Of a stretch of 64,000 nucleotides of DNA, positions 53,417-62,585 are shown piece after piece (within the stretch, counting starts at the first letter, position 1; every line of letters starts with the position of its first letter). The stretch lies in contig CAZMIM010000002.1 in NCBI GenBank assembly GCA_964566505.1, positions 46,529 through 110,528 on the forward strand, in the 5' to 3' direction. The position numbers and the translations under genes were made by a program. The notes beneath the pieces are model-generated. The model saw nothing but the letters and a program-made list of their open reading frames with translations. It did not search any database and was not told the DNA's origin. The DNA comes from an uncultured Candidatus Saccharibacteria bacterium (GTDB taxonomy: Bacteria; Patescibacteriota; Minisyncoccia; Phycocordibacterales; PCTT01).

Positions 53417-56014
53417 TTAGAAGTTATATTGACCGTACCCTTTTGTCAGCCAGTCGTTAACATTTATTTGTGCCTCAGTAGCAACTTTCCTATCAACAAG
53501 GTCTTTGAATAGTTGACGAATCTCAGCTTTATCTTTCGCATCAAGCTTCTTTGCCAAAGCTATAAATCTAGTTGAATCGAGCTGTTTTTGGAATTCTTTG
53601 TCAGTAAGAATGTCTCTCTCTAGCTTTGCAAGGTCCTCAGGGTCTCCGATATCCCTTATTGCGTCTCTTATTACATCACCAAAACCTGATTTAAGGGCTT
53701 TTCTTAAGGGCTTAACTCTAGACTCTTTTATTTGTTTTTTTAGCGCCCCATCAACATCTTTCCTATCAAGAAGTGTTTTGTATTGTCCCCCACTCATGTT
53801 TGCCACCATTACATCAACTAGTTTTGGATCACCAAGAATTTCATTGCCAATATTTTCAACATCCTTACTTGTAAGTGTGTTTAAGGCGTCTTTAACATCT
53901 TTTTTTGCACCACTTTTTAGGGCAGTAGATAGTGTATTTAGATAGGTTTCTCTTACTTTTGATTTATCTTTTTCAGATTTTTTATCCAAACTTAGGAATT
54001 TGTTGAAATGCGACGAATTCATAAAAGGCGTTATTTTTTCTAGTAGTTCGTCACCAATTTTATCGAAGTTTCCGCTGTGTCTTCCATCTAGAAGATTTCT
54101 AATATCAGTTTGTGGTGTATTTGTTTCTCCTTTTCCATCTAGGGCATCCTTTAGATCACTAAAGAAAGCTGTTCTAAGAGATTTCTTTTCATTTGAATTA
54201 AGGTCTCCTTTTTCAGCTGCCTCAAGTTGTCCACCATTCATATACGGGGCAAGTTTTTCTAGTTGCTCTAGTGACATGTTCTCAAAGTCTTTGTTTGAGA
54301 AAGTTTTAAGAACATTTTTAAGTTCTTCGATTGCACCCTTAACATTATTTGAGATGTCTTCGAGAGGTTTATTAACTCTCTCCATGTATGCTTTTTGAAT
54401 CTTTTTCTTCTCACCCTCTGATTTGTCGCTCTTATCAATCGCTTCCATTTGCTTGGCATTAAGAAGTGGTGCAATTTTTGATAGAGCTCCAGTACTTAGA
54501 TCGGAAACTTCTTTATTTGTCATACTGCCAATAATACTCTTTATGTCTTTATGAATTTGATCCTTACGCGCGTCATATTCTGGCTGAGTAAATAAACCTC
54601 CAGAAAACTGTTCGTTGAGCTTGTCGAGTTTTTTTGCAAGAGCCGTAAGCTCAGAAGCCCTTGCGCTTTTTGTTCGTGATGCGTCTTCTGCTCTTTTTCG
54701 CTTATCTTGCTCTTTTAGGTTCATTGAGCCACCAAATTTTGAGTCTTCAACAGACTGAATTCCTCGTCTTACAGCTCTGCTTCCGGCATCTGTTACGGCT
54801 GCAATTCCAGTATATTTTGTGAGTGGTTTGTATATTTTTCCAAGAGGGTGAGTCGATGGTTTTGCGGTTCTAAATCGCTCGTCATATCTGTCATAAACTT
54901 TTCCAGCACGTTTTGCTAGCCTGCCCGCCACATTTCTTCCAACCCAACTTCGTGTGCTGTTTCCCCAACCTATTACTGTTTGGGCTCCAGTGGCGCCAAC
55001 CTGCTTTGAGATAACAAGTGCACCAATCATGAAGCCGCTAATTATTGTAAATACCAATATTAAGTCTAATCCGCCAGCTGGGTTTTTTAGAGTTTCGGCA
55101 AAAGTTTGTGAGTTTCCCAGAAAACGCAGTTGGAATGTCGGGTGTGTAACAATTTTTGCAGTTAGCCATATCATTGCAAAGTATATAGGCGCAAAGAACG
55201 CTTGTTCTAATAAGACTTTCTTCCACTTGTTCCAATATGATTTTGTGTTCGGAAGTATCATGGCCACGAACGCAAGCGGTGAGAGAATCATCAGAAATAC
55301 AAGCACCACAAATCTCGTAATCAAAAGGGCGGCGCCCGCAAAGAAAATAAACCCTGTTATAAGAAGGAATATTGAACCAAACACTCCAATGATAATTATC
55401 TCTGTGTGCCCTAGAGCTGGGTCGTCTGTAACACTGCTTCCATCTGGTTTATATATACTTTGGATTTTCATTGCATTTGCGAAAACACCAGCAATTCCTC
55501 CTTCTCTAACCCCACTTGTAGGGTCTATTGTTTCTCCGGTTATGCCATCTTGTACCTCGACTGCATTATAGAACTGTAGAGAAACTATATTTGCAACATC
55601 TATAACTACTTTTGTGAAAAATAAGCTGAAGTTTATTAAAAGACCTACTATCACTACATTTAGAATTATTTTCTTTGCATTGAAGCTTGGAATATTTAAT
55701 ACGGTCGCAATAGATGCATAGATTAAAAAGAAAATAAATAACACATTTGCAAAGTCGCGGAATGTCTCCCACCCTATTGTCACAGCCCCAAGGCTATCTA
55801 CGGTCGGTGCCATATTTACTACAAGACGCTCAATTGCAATGTTAAACAAAAGGCCTCCAATACCCATAATCCAACCGCTTATGGTTAGGAAAACGTTTGC
55901 AACAGTGGCCATAACTCCCTCACCAAGAGCAAAGGCAAACTCAGAACCCACAGGAGAGAATGCTCCTGCGAGTACAAAGAATATGAAGATTATGAATATA
56001 TATTTTCTCTTCAC
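53417..56014 (-). CDS. VirB6/TrbL-like polytopic membrane protein with a about 450-aa C-terminal repetitive coiled-coil-like domain
   Basis: The N-terminal 400 aa have about eight TMs, typical of VirB6 homologues of Gram-positive-type T4SS. The C-terminal half has at least three ~60-aa repeats (..L.KIAPLLNAKQMEAIDKSDKSEGEKKK.. / ..LEKLAPYMNGGQLEAAEKGDLNSNEKKS.. / ..LEKITPFMNSSHFNKFLSLDKKSEKDKS..). Confidence 0.5.
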   Translation of the reverse strand: MKRKYIFIIFIFFVLAGAFSPVGSEFAFALGEGVMATVANVFLTISGWIMGIGGLLFNIAIERLVVNMAPTVDSLGAVTIGWETFRDFANVLFIFFLIYASIATVLNIPSFNAKKIILNVVIVGLLINFSLFFTKVVIDVANIVSLQFYNAVEVQDGITGETIDPTSGVREGGIAGVFANAMKIQSIYKPDGSSVTDDPALGHTEIIIIGVFGSIFLLITGFIFFAGAALLITRFVVLVFLMILSPLAFVAMILPNTKSYWNKWKKVLLEQAFFAPIYFAMIWLTAKIVTHPTFQLRFLGNSQTFAETLKNPAGGLDLILVFTIISGFMIGALVISKQVGATGAQTVIGWGNSTRSWVGRNVAGRLAKRAGKVYDRYDERFRTAKPSTHPLGKIYKPLTKYTGIAAVTDAGSRAVRRGIQSVEDSKFGGSMNLKEQDKRKRAEDASRTKSARASELTALAKKLDKLNEQFSGGLFTQPEYDARKDQIHKDIKSIIGSMTNKEVSDLSTGALSKIAPLLNAKQMEAIDKSDKSEGEKKKIQKAYMERVNKPLEDISNNVKGAIEELKNVLKTFSNKDFENMSLEQLEKLAPYMNGGQLEAAEKGDLNSNEKKSLRTAFFSDLKDALDGKGETNTPQTDIRNLLDGRHSGNFDKIGDELLEKITPFMNSSHFNKFLSLDKKSEKDKSKVRETYLNTLSTALKSGAKKDVKDALNTLTSKDVENIGNEILGDPKLVDVMVANMSGGQYKTLLDRKDVDGALKKQIKESRVKPLRKALKSGFGDVIRDAIRDIGDPEDLAKLERDILTDKEFQKQLDSTRFIALAKKLDAKDKAEIRQLFKDLVDRKVATEAQINVNDWLTKGYGQYNF

Positions 56015-56028
56015 GAATTAATTAATGA

Positions 56029-58476
56029 TTATTGGCCACCTGTTCCCTCATCACCCCCGCTTTTGTCTGGGTCGTCCGATCCACCACGAGAACCAAAGAA
56101 GTCTCTGCTTCCTGTTACTGGCCCACCGCCAGAGCCTGGCTGTGATGGACATGTGATAGTGAGCCGGTAATCTCCATCATGATATAGAACCACTCCGTAT
56201 GCACTGCTTTGTACCGCGCTTCTAATATCTGCCCCTCCATATGAGCTTCTGTCACTTCTATATACTATTTGATATCTTTCTCCACCAAGCCCCTCAAATG
56301 TTGCTGGTTGCCCAGAGCTTTTGTTTATAAACTCACCTGTACATGTGCCCGTGCTTTGTATTTCTGTGTATGACCAGTCTACATAAGATGCATATCGTGG
56401 TGATGCTCCTTCTCCAAGGTCTGTGTACTCAACATCACTTATTTGAATTGTTGGTCGAAGAACAGAACAACTTCCTGTGATACTTGAACGGAAGTGTGAG
56501 ATTTGTTGTACGAGTTGTAGCATTCTCACCGCCTCACCAGCAAGATCGCCAACATTTGGCACGCTATTTATTAGTGCGCGATGTCGTGTATCAATATCAT
56601 TTATCTCTTCTTCGTCTGCACCAGAAATTTCATCAAGTTCATCAAGTAGTGCTCCAGCGTCTTCAATACTCTCTTCTACTACAGATATTAGATTTAAGTA
56701 TGTGTAGTAGTCTGCTCCGTCTCTAACAAGACTTCGTGTGTTGTATGAGTCTCGGAGCTCTTCATAGCTTGCTCTTGCAATTGTACTTTGTTGAGTTGTA
56801 CCACACGCATTTAGGTCAAGATATATATCGCTGAGATTTATTTCATCATTTTGGAAAGCTCCAATATCTAGTGTGTATGGCTCACAAACATCACCCCTGT
56901 CATCATCTGGATCGCCAGTGTACTCACCCGCATCATATGTCTCACACGCTTGAACTGGCGAAAGCGCGCTTCCAAATTCATTAAACAGATCCTGAACATC
57001 ATCCATTGTGAAATAATAGGCAGATATTGGTATACCAATATTTCCTTTTGTTCTATTGAATTGCGCTACAGCAAGTAGATCCCTCAAGTTAGTAATTGTT
57101 TCTACCAAAGAAGCTCTGATTTGTGCAATTCGAAGTGAGTTTGCTGAGCTTGGTGGAGTGCTTCCACTCCCTGCATATCGTAGACCTCTTTCTGGGTCTT
57201 GTATTTTGCCAAAGAGTGAATCTGCAAAGCCAGAAACAATCTCATTCATTTCATCAGCATATATAGCTCTTTCATAATCACCTATTGCAACCTTTTCTAC
57301 AATTGCTCCTACAAGGTTTCCAGGGGTAATTACTTCTGGGTATCGTCCGTCAGCACATCTTCCTATGGAGCTTGGCTGAGAACCATCTTCACATCGAAGT
57401 TCTGGCAAGTATCCGTTGCCGTATCGGAGCTGTTCAAGCTCATAGTCGCGTGACTCATCGATAAACTGAGAAAGTTTTTCTGTTTGATCTATATATGCTG
57501 TATATGGGTTGCTTCCAGGATCTTCAAGTAGTGCAAACCATGCATTCCAACCACCCCTTTGGAAGTTCTCACTTAGGAAAACATCTGTATTTCCTCGTCC
57601 TAGTACATCCTCAAGCGCACATGTTTGTTGTCCGTACCCCCAAATACCTCGAGGCGCTATATATCCAGAGTATCCGCTTGGTCGGTAGTACGAACGATAG
57701 TAGTCGTTATATAGCGATGCTGAAATTCCATCACGATATGTTGTACAAATAGTGTTAAATGTCTCGCTGTCACCCATGAAGTCAGCAAATGCTTGGTCGG
57801 CTCTAAGTCTTAGCTGTGCTCCAAGGTTTGTAACGAAACGAGGGTTTCCAGCACGCGCGATTCCTTGTACCCATTTTCGTGTTTCGTCAGACATTGTTGC
57901 AAGTATTCTGTCTGCTGCTTCTCGTGCAAGCGCGTCATAACACTGCTCTTTTTTGTATGCGGCCTCCATTGCCTGTCTTAGTCCTGGCTCATACACTTCC
58001 TGTGGTCCTTTTTTCTTTCCTCCAAAAAATCCAGACACCAACCCCCCTACTATTCCACCTACTCCAGGAATATCTTCTATAAACTCTGCAGCCTGACCAA
58101 TTTTTTCTACCAAAGATGTGTCCTCAAGCAGGTCAACAACTCCGTTTACCGCAATTTCAAGACCTTGATCTACTCCTTCTGACACAGCGTCAGTGATAAC
58201 GCTTCCACTACATGCGTCTAGTATATAAATTCCTTCTCTAATTCTATTTACCCTATCTCCACCACCGAAAGGCACTCCAGGATTGAGTATTATGTTTGTG
58301 AAAATGTCAGAGATATTGTCATTTACATCAATATCAGACCCTCTATTGTTTGAATCACAAAGACCTGGGTCTAGGTCACAAATATCGCTTTGCGCCAATG
58401 CGTTGTTTGGCGTTATAAAAAATAAAGCAAAAACTGAAAGAAGAAATATAGCAAAATAGAGTGGTGTTTTTTTCAT
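56029..58476 (-). CDS. large secreted protein (815 aa, Cys-containing, Gly-rich C-terminus); putative surface or adhesin component of the T4SS-like locus
   Basis: A signal peptide (MKKTPLYFAIFLLSVFALFFITPNNALAQ) is followed by no TMs. The C-terminus reads GSGGGPVTGSRDFFGSRGGSDDPDKSGGDEGTGGQ. Confidence 0.45.
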   Translation of the reverse strand: MKKTPLYFAIFLLSVFALFFITPNNALAQSDICDLDPGLCDSNNRGSDIDVNDNISDIFTNIILNPGVPFGGGDRVNRIREGIYILDACSGSVITDAVSEGVDQGLEIAVNGVVDLLEDTSLVEKIGQAAEFIEDIPGVGGIVGGLVSGFFGGKKKGPQEVYEPGLRQAMEAAYKKEQCYDALAREAADRILATMSDETRKWVQGIARAGNPRFVTNLGAQLRLRADQAFADFMGDSETFNTICTTYRDGISASLYNDYYRSYYRPSGYSGYIAPRGIWGYGQQTCALEDVLGRGNTDVFLSENFQRGGWNAWFALLEDPGSNPYTAYIDQTEKLSQFIDESRDYELEQLRYGNGYLPELRCEDGSQPSSIGRCADGRYPEVITPGNLVGAIVEKVAIGDYERAIYADEMNEIVSGFADSLFGKIQDPERGLRYAGSGSTPPSSANSLRIAQIRASLVETITNLRDLLAVAQFNRTKGNIGIPISAYYFTMDDVQDLFNEFGSALSPVQACETYDAGEYTGDPDDDRGDVCEPYTLDIGAFQNDEINLSDIYLDLNACGTTQQSTIARASYEELRDSYNTRSLVRDGADYYTYLNLISVVEESIEDAGALLDELDEISGADEEEINDIDTRHRALINSVPNVGDLAGEAVRMLQLVQQISHFRSSITGSCSVLRPTIQISDVEYTDLGEGASPRYASYVDWSYTEIQSTGTCTGEFINKSSGQPATFEGLGGERYQIVYRSDRSSYGGADIRSAVQSSAYGVVLYHDGDYRLTITCPSQPGSGGGPVTGSRDFFGSRGGSDDPDKSGGDEGTGGQ

Positions 58477-58479
58477 AAA

Positions 58480-59430
58480 TTAGTTTGATAATTCTGCCAG
58501 GATTTCTCCGAGCTGTTGATAAATGTCAAAGTTTGAGTTACTTAGTGTTTTAAACCGCTCAATACCAGCAAGGCCTACAAGAGGGTCATCAAAAATTTTC
58601 TGCATCTCTTCTATTGCAAGAGCCAAATTGGCGTAGTTGTTTATGAGCGTTACGTGCTCTTGACTGAATTCTGATGGCGCAGGCAAAAGTAATAGTCTTG
58701 ATTTAACTGCATTATAAAAAGTTATATTGTCTTCCAGCCGTTCAAGCATTAGTGGGTTCTGGTCTGTTATAACTTCCGCAAGAAGTTGTGTTTCGTTTGC
58801 TACTGCATTTAATTTCTCGGCCTCAATAGTAATAATATCGAGAATTGATCTAATATATTCGAACTGCTTTTCCGATGTATTGGTTGTGGTCTTAATATCT
58901 TGTGATGTATATTCTGGAACTCCTGTGCTTAGTGACTCTGCAACAGATGAAGAAAGTGAGTCTAGGTCATATGAGCTATCTTGGAGAGCTTCTCCAGTAA
59001 TATTTGCATCTGATTGCACCAAAATACTTGGGAGTGCTTGCTCAAAAACACTTTGTGTTTGATTTATTGAAAGTGAGTCTTGGATTTGGAGTTGTGTATG
59101 GATACGCCCGAGGTGGCTTTCTGTAATCGCGTCATTTGGACCAGGTATCGCAGGGTGTGTACCTTGTGTTATCTCTTCCCCATCATCAACACCGTCTCCA
59201 TCTGTGTCAGGATTTCGAATATCGCTGTCCCATAGTATTTCTTCCCAATCAAAAAGCCCGTCACCATCGGTGTCGTCTTGGTTTTTTTCATAGAAATCGC
59301 TTTGAAGGACAGTAACTCCCTCTTCTTGCGTTTGATCGTTCGTTCGTGGTGTTGTATCGAGGACAATAACTGCAATAAGGACAATAGCGATACCTATAAA
59401 AATAGAGACTGTGATTTTCTTATTCAACAT
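58480..59430 (-). CDS. membrane-anchored protein with thrombospondin-type-3-like Ca-binding repeats; first gene of the operon
   Basis: An N-terminal TM is followed by DTDGDGLFDWEE and DTDGDGVDDGEE (Dx[DN]xDG Ca-binding motifs). Confidence 0.45.
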   Translation of the reverse strand: MLNKKITVSIFIGIAIVLIAVIVLDTTPRTNDQTQEEGVTVLQSDFYEKNQDDTDGDGLFDWEEILWDSDIRNPDTDGDGVDDGEEITQGTHPAIPGPNDAITESHLGRIHTQLQIQDSLSINQTQSVFEQALPSILVQSDANITGEALQDSSYDLDSLSSSVAESLSTGVPEYTSQDIKTTTNTSEKQFEYIRSILDIITIEAEKLNAVANETQLLAEVITDQNPLMLERLEDNITFYNAVKSRLLLLPAPSEFSQEHVTLINNYANLALAIEEMQKIFDDPLVGLAGIERFKTLSNSNFDIYQQLGEILAELSN

Positions 59431-59460
59431 ACACTTCTCCCCTCAATATATAGAAATTAT

Positions 59461-59487
59461 AACAAACAAAGCGCCCCATGAGCGCTT
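59461..59487 (-). terminator. rho-independent terminator downstream of rsmA
   Basis: On the minus strand, aagcgctcatggggcgctt is followed by tgtttgtt. Confidence 0.4.
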
Positions 59488-59556
59488 ACTGACCTGCTTT
59501 CTTGTGGATAAAAAAGGGCTTATTTTCAATATATCTCGGGAAAATCAACCTCTATA

Positions 59557-60339
59557 CTAAAGGCATAAATTGTCGTATAGCGATAGCCACTGCTCTACTG
59601 AAAGATCTTCTGCGCGCACTGTTTCTGGCACCCCTATTCTCTCAATGGCTTTACTGAGCTGTGCTTTGTCAAATACATCAGAAAGATTCCCTTTCAACTG
59701 CTTTCTTTTATGAGCAAATCCAAGCTTCACAAGCTCAAAGAATTGCTCGATATTTCTGCCCTCAAAGTTCTTGTGCGAAATATCTTTTATAGACAAAACA
59801 ACAGAATCTACATTGGGTACAGGTGAAAAAAGATTTCTTGAGACATTTCTTTCTATTTTTGGAGTGCCAAATACATGAACAGAAACAGACAAGATGCTGT
59901 GTTTCCCATCTTTTAAAATTACTCGCTCACCTACCTCTTTTTGCACCATCAGTATCATTGAGTTGGGCGGAGTTTCTGATTCTAGAAAGCGTTTTATTAT
60001 GGCGCCGGTGATGTTGTAGGGGATATTCGCAACTACTTTGTAGTCGTCTGCCACAAGTGTCGAGATTGGAAGCTCCAAAATGTCTCCATGTATTAGTGTG
60101 AACTGCCCACTTACAATTTCTTGTTCAAATCGCTCTGTTAAGCCCTTATATAGCTCATCATCTTTCTCGACAGCAACCACATCGACATCTGTTTTTAGTA
60201 GTGCGTGAGTGAGTTTTCCCTTTCCTGGTCCAATCTCAAGCACGGTATCAGAGTCTTTTATGTCTGAGGCTCTAATGATGTCTTTTACTACATCTGATGA
60301 GGTGAGAAAGTTTTGTCCAAGTGAGCGTTTTGCGCGCAT
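59557..60339 (-). CDS. rsmA: 16S rRNA (adenine1518/1519-N6)-dimethyltransferase RsmA/KsgA
   Basis: MRAKRSLGQNFL... and EIGPGKGKLT, the SAM-binding motif. Confidence 0.9.
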   Translation of the reverse strand: MRAKRSLGQNFLTSSDVVKDIIRASDIKDSDTVLEIGPGKGKLTHALLKTDVDVVAVEKDDELYKGLTERFEQEIVSGQFTLIHGDILELPISTLVADDYKVVANIPYNITGAIIKRFLESETPPNSMILMVQKEVGERVILKDGKHSILSVSVHVFGTPKIERNVSRNLFSPVPNVDSVVLSIKDISHKNFEGRNIEQFFELVKLGFAHKRKQLKGNLSDVFDKAQLSKAIERIGVPETVRAEDLSVEQWLSLYDNLCL

Positions 60340-60341
60340 AG

Positions 60342-62282
60342 CTAGTCGAGATAAATAGTTTTAATTGGGCGGTGTGCATTTACATCTTCATTTTCAATCA
60401 ACTCTTCATCGAGTTCAAGTAAAAATTCTGATGGAACGGTAAAGTTTCGTGAACCAAAAATAATTCGCGACGAGGCGTGTGAGAGGAATACCTTTTTCCT
60501 TGCTCGTGTGAGTGCTACATAGAAAAGTCGTCTCTCCTCTTCTCGCTCTTCCAGAGTCGCATCGTCTCTTTCTTGTGGGAAGAGACCGTCTTCTAGTCCG
60601 GTGATGAACACATAGTCAAACTCGAGTCCTTTGGATGCATGAACGGTCATGAGACGCACACCACCTTTTTCATTATTGAGTGTATCTTGATCAGACACGA
60701 GAGCGATTTCTTCCATCATTTTCTCCACTCCACTTTCTCCATAATCATCAAAACGAGTAGCGTATGAAACAAGCTCTTTTAGGTTGTCTATACGTTCTTT
60801 GTCATCCTCGTTTTTACTATTATAGCTCTCAACAAGGCCAGATTTTTCAAGGACTGTTTTCATTATAGTACTTGGCTTTTCGCTCTCTATTGCTTGCTGT
60901 ATCTCCTCTATTATTTGCCAAAATGTATCAACTTTTTTCTGAGTCGCGGGAGTAAGTGATGGTCCGTTTTCAAGGACAATTTTTGCTAATGTTGCTTTCC
61001 CGATTCCACGTCTTGGTGTGTTTATGACACGAGTGAGATCGGTAATACTTTTTGGATTTAGCGCGAGTCTGATGTATGAGAGAGCATCTTTCACTTCCTT
61101 TCTGTCGAAAAATCTCGTCCCCAAAAGTTCATATGGAATATTGTTTCGAAGCATCGCGTCTTCAAGTACGCGCGACTGAAAATTGGTTCGATATAAAATC
61201 GCAATCTCCTGAGGAGACACATCTTTGTCTAAAAGATTTTGTATGTGACCCGCGATTATCTCTCCCTCATGCGCTTCATCGATTGCTACAAGTGCTGAGA
61301 GCTTCTCACCCTCGTGGTTGTTGGTGAAAAGAGTCTTTTCTTTTCGCAGTGTATTTTTTTGGATAATATCTTGGGCTGCTCTAATGATGTTTTGGGTAGA
61401 ACGGTAGTTTTCCTCGAGCAAAACTGTTCTCGCGTTTGGAAAATCGTTCTCAAAGTCTAAAATGTTTTGAATATTTGCTCCCCGCCATGTGTAAATTGAC
61501 TGGTCTGCATCTCCTACAACACAAATATTGTTCGCTGGTCCCAAAAGGAGCTGTCCAAATGTGTATTGGATGGTGTTGGTGTCCTGATACTCATCGATGT
61601 GAAGGTATTTCCAACGATTTTGATACGAGCGCTTTATTTCAGGGTTTTTTTGGAGTATTGAAACTGCTTTTACCAAAAGATCATCGAAATCCAGCGCACC
61701 CTCTTTGTTTTTTATCTTCTCATATTCATTCCACACAGGCTTTACGACACTTCGAACGAATGAAAACTCATTACTGTTTCCATATTCATGTGCATGTACT
61801 CCTTTCCCCTTCTCTTTTGAGATTATAGAGATTATTTTTCTAGGTTCCCACTGTTTTGGGTCTATGTCGTGTACCTTCATTGCCCTTTTGATGATAGATA
61901 TTGAGTCGCTTCTATCAAGAATAGTGAAATATTTGGGTAGCCCTAGCGTGTGAGCGTGCTCTTTGAGTATATGTACGCCAAGTGAGTGGAATGTGCTCAC
62001 AAAAGGAGTAGCTTGTGTGCTTTGAAACACTGGTCTGTTTACATTTGTGTTTTTTGAAAGGGCTTGCTCCACACGCTCTTTCATTTCTTTTGCTGCTTTG
62101 TTGGTAAATGTAATAGCAAGTACCTCATTAGGTGACACTCCTTCATGAATAAGGTGAATAATACGAGATACAATTACTCGTGTTTTCCCTGCTCCAGCAC
62201 CAGCAAGTACCAAAAGAGGTCCTTGTGTATGCAATACAGCTTCTTTTTGTTGGGGATTGAGTCCTTCTAGGTGTTCACTCAT
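60342..62282 (-). CDS. pcrA: ATP-dependent DNA helicase PcrA/UvrD
   Basis: The start is taken at the internal MSEHLEGLNPQQKEAV. The ORF has Walker A (AGAGAGKTRV) and the SF1 helicase motifs throughout. Confidence 0.9.
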   Translation of the reverse strand: MSEHLEGLNPQQKEAVLHTQGPLLVLAGAGAGKTRVIVSRIIHLIHEGVSPNEVLAITFTNKAAKEMKERVEQALSKNTNVNRPVFQSTQATPFVSTFHSLGVHILKEHAHTLGLPKYFTILDRSDSISIIKRAMKVHDIDPKQWEPRKIISIISKEKGKGVHAHEYGNSNEFSFVRSVVKPVWNEYEKIKNKEGALDFDDLLVKAVSILQKNPEIKRSYQNRWKYLHIDEYQDTNTIQYTFGQLLLGPANNICVVGDADQSIYTWRGANIQNILDFENDFPNARTVLLEENYRSTQNIIRAAQDIIQKNTLRKEKTLFTNNHEGEKLSALVAIDEAHEGEIIAGHIQNLLDKDVSPQEIAILYRTNFQSRVLEDAMLRNNIPYELLGTRFFDRKEVKDALSYIRLALNPKSITDLTRVINTPRRGIGKATLAKIVLENGPSLTPATQKKVDTFWQIIEEIQQAIESEKPSTIMKTVLEKSGLVESYNSKNEDDKERIDNLKELVSYATRFDDYGESGVEKMMEEIALVSDQDTLNNEKGGVRLMTVHASKGLEFDYVFITGLEDGLFPQERDDATLEEREEERRLFYVALTRARKKVFLSHASSRIIFGSRNFTVPSEFLLELDEELIENEDVNAHRPIKTIYLD

Positions 62283-62410
62283 ATAAATAGTGTACCTCAG
62301 CACGAGATATGTGAATATAAACTATACCACATTTGCTATTTTAGGAATTTTTATTGGTGATAGTGTAATATCTCGTTTTAGGGCTAAAAATAGCCCTAAA
62401 ATACTATTGA

Positions 62411-62439
62411 CATAAATATATTAAATTAGTATAATTGGG
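62411..62439 (+). promoter_or_regulatory. near-consensus sigma70 promoter TTGACA-N17-TATAAT
   Basis: ttgacataaatatattaaattagtataat lies upstream of the LysM-M23 peptidase gene. A second TTGACA-N17-TATAGT follows at 62465-62493. Confidence 0.5.
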
Positions 62440-62585
62440 TATCCACAATCAATTATTTAATCCATTGACAGTATATATGCTTTGGATTATAGTCGATTGT
62501 ACATAGCTTGATATAACGATTTGTACGGAATATGTGGCTCAACAAAGCCACATTGATATTTGACCGCTCAACATAGGAACGATTA

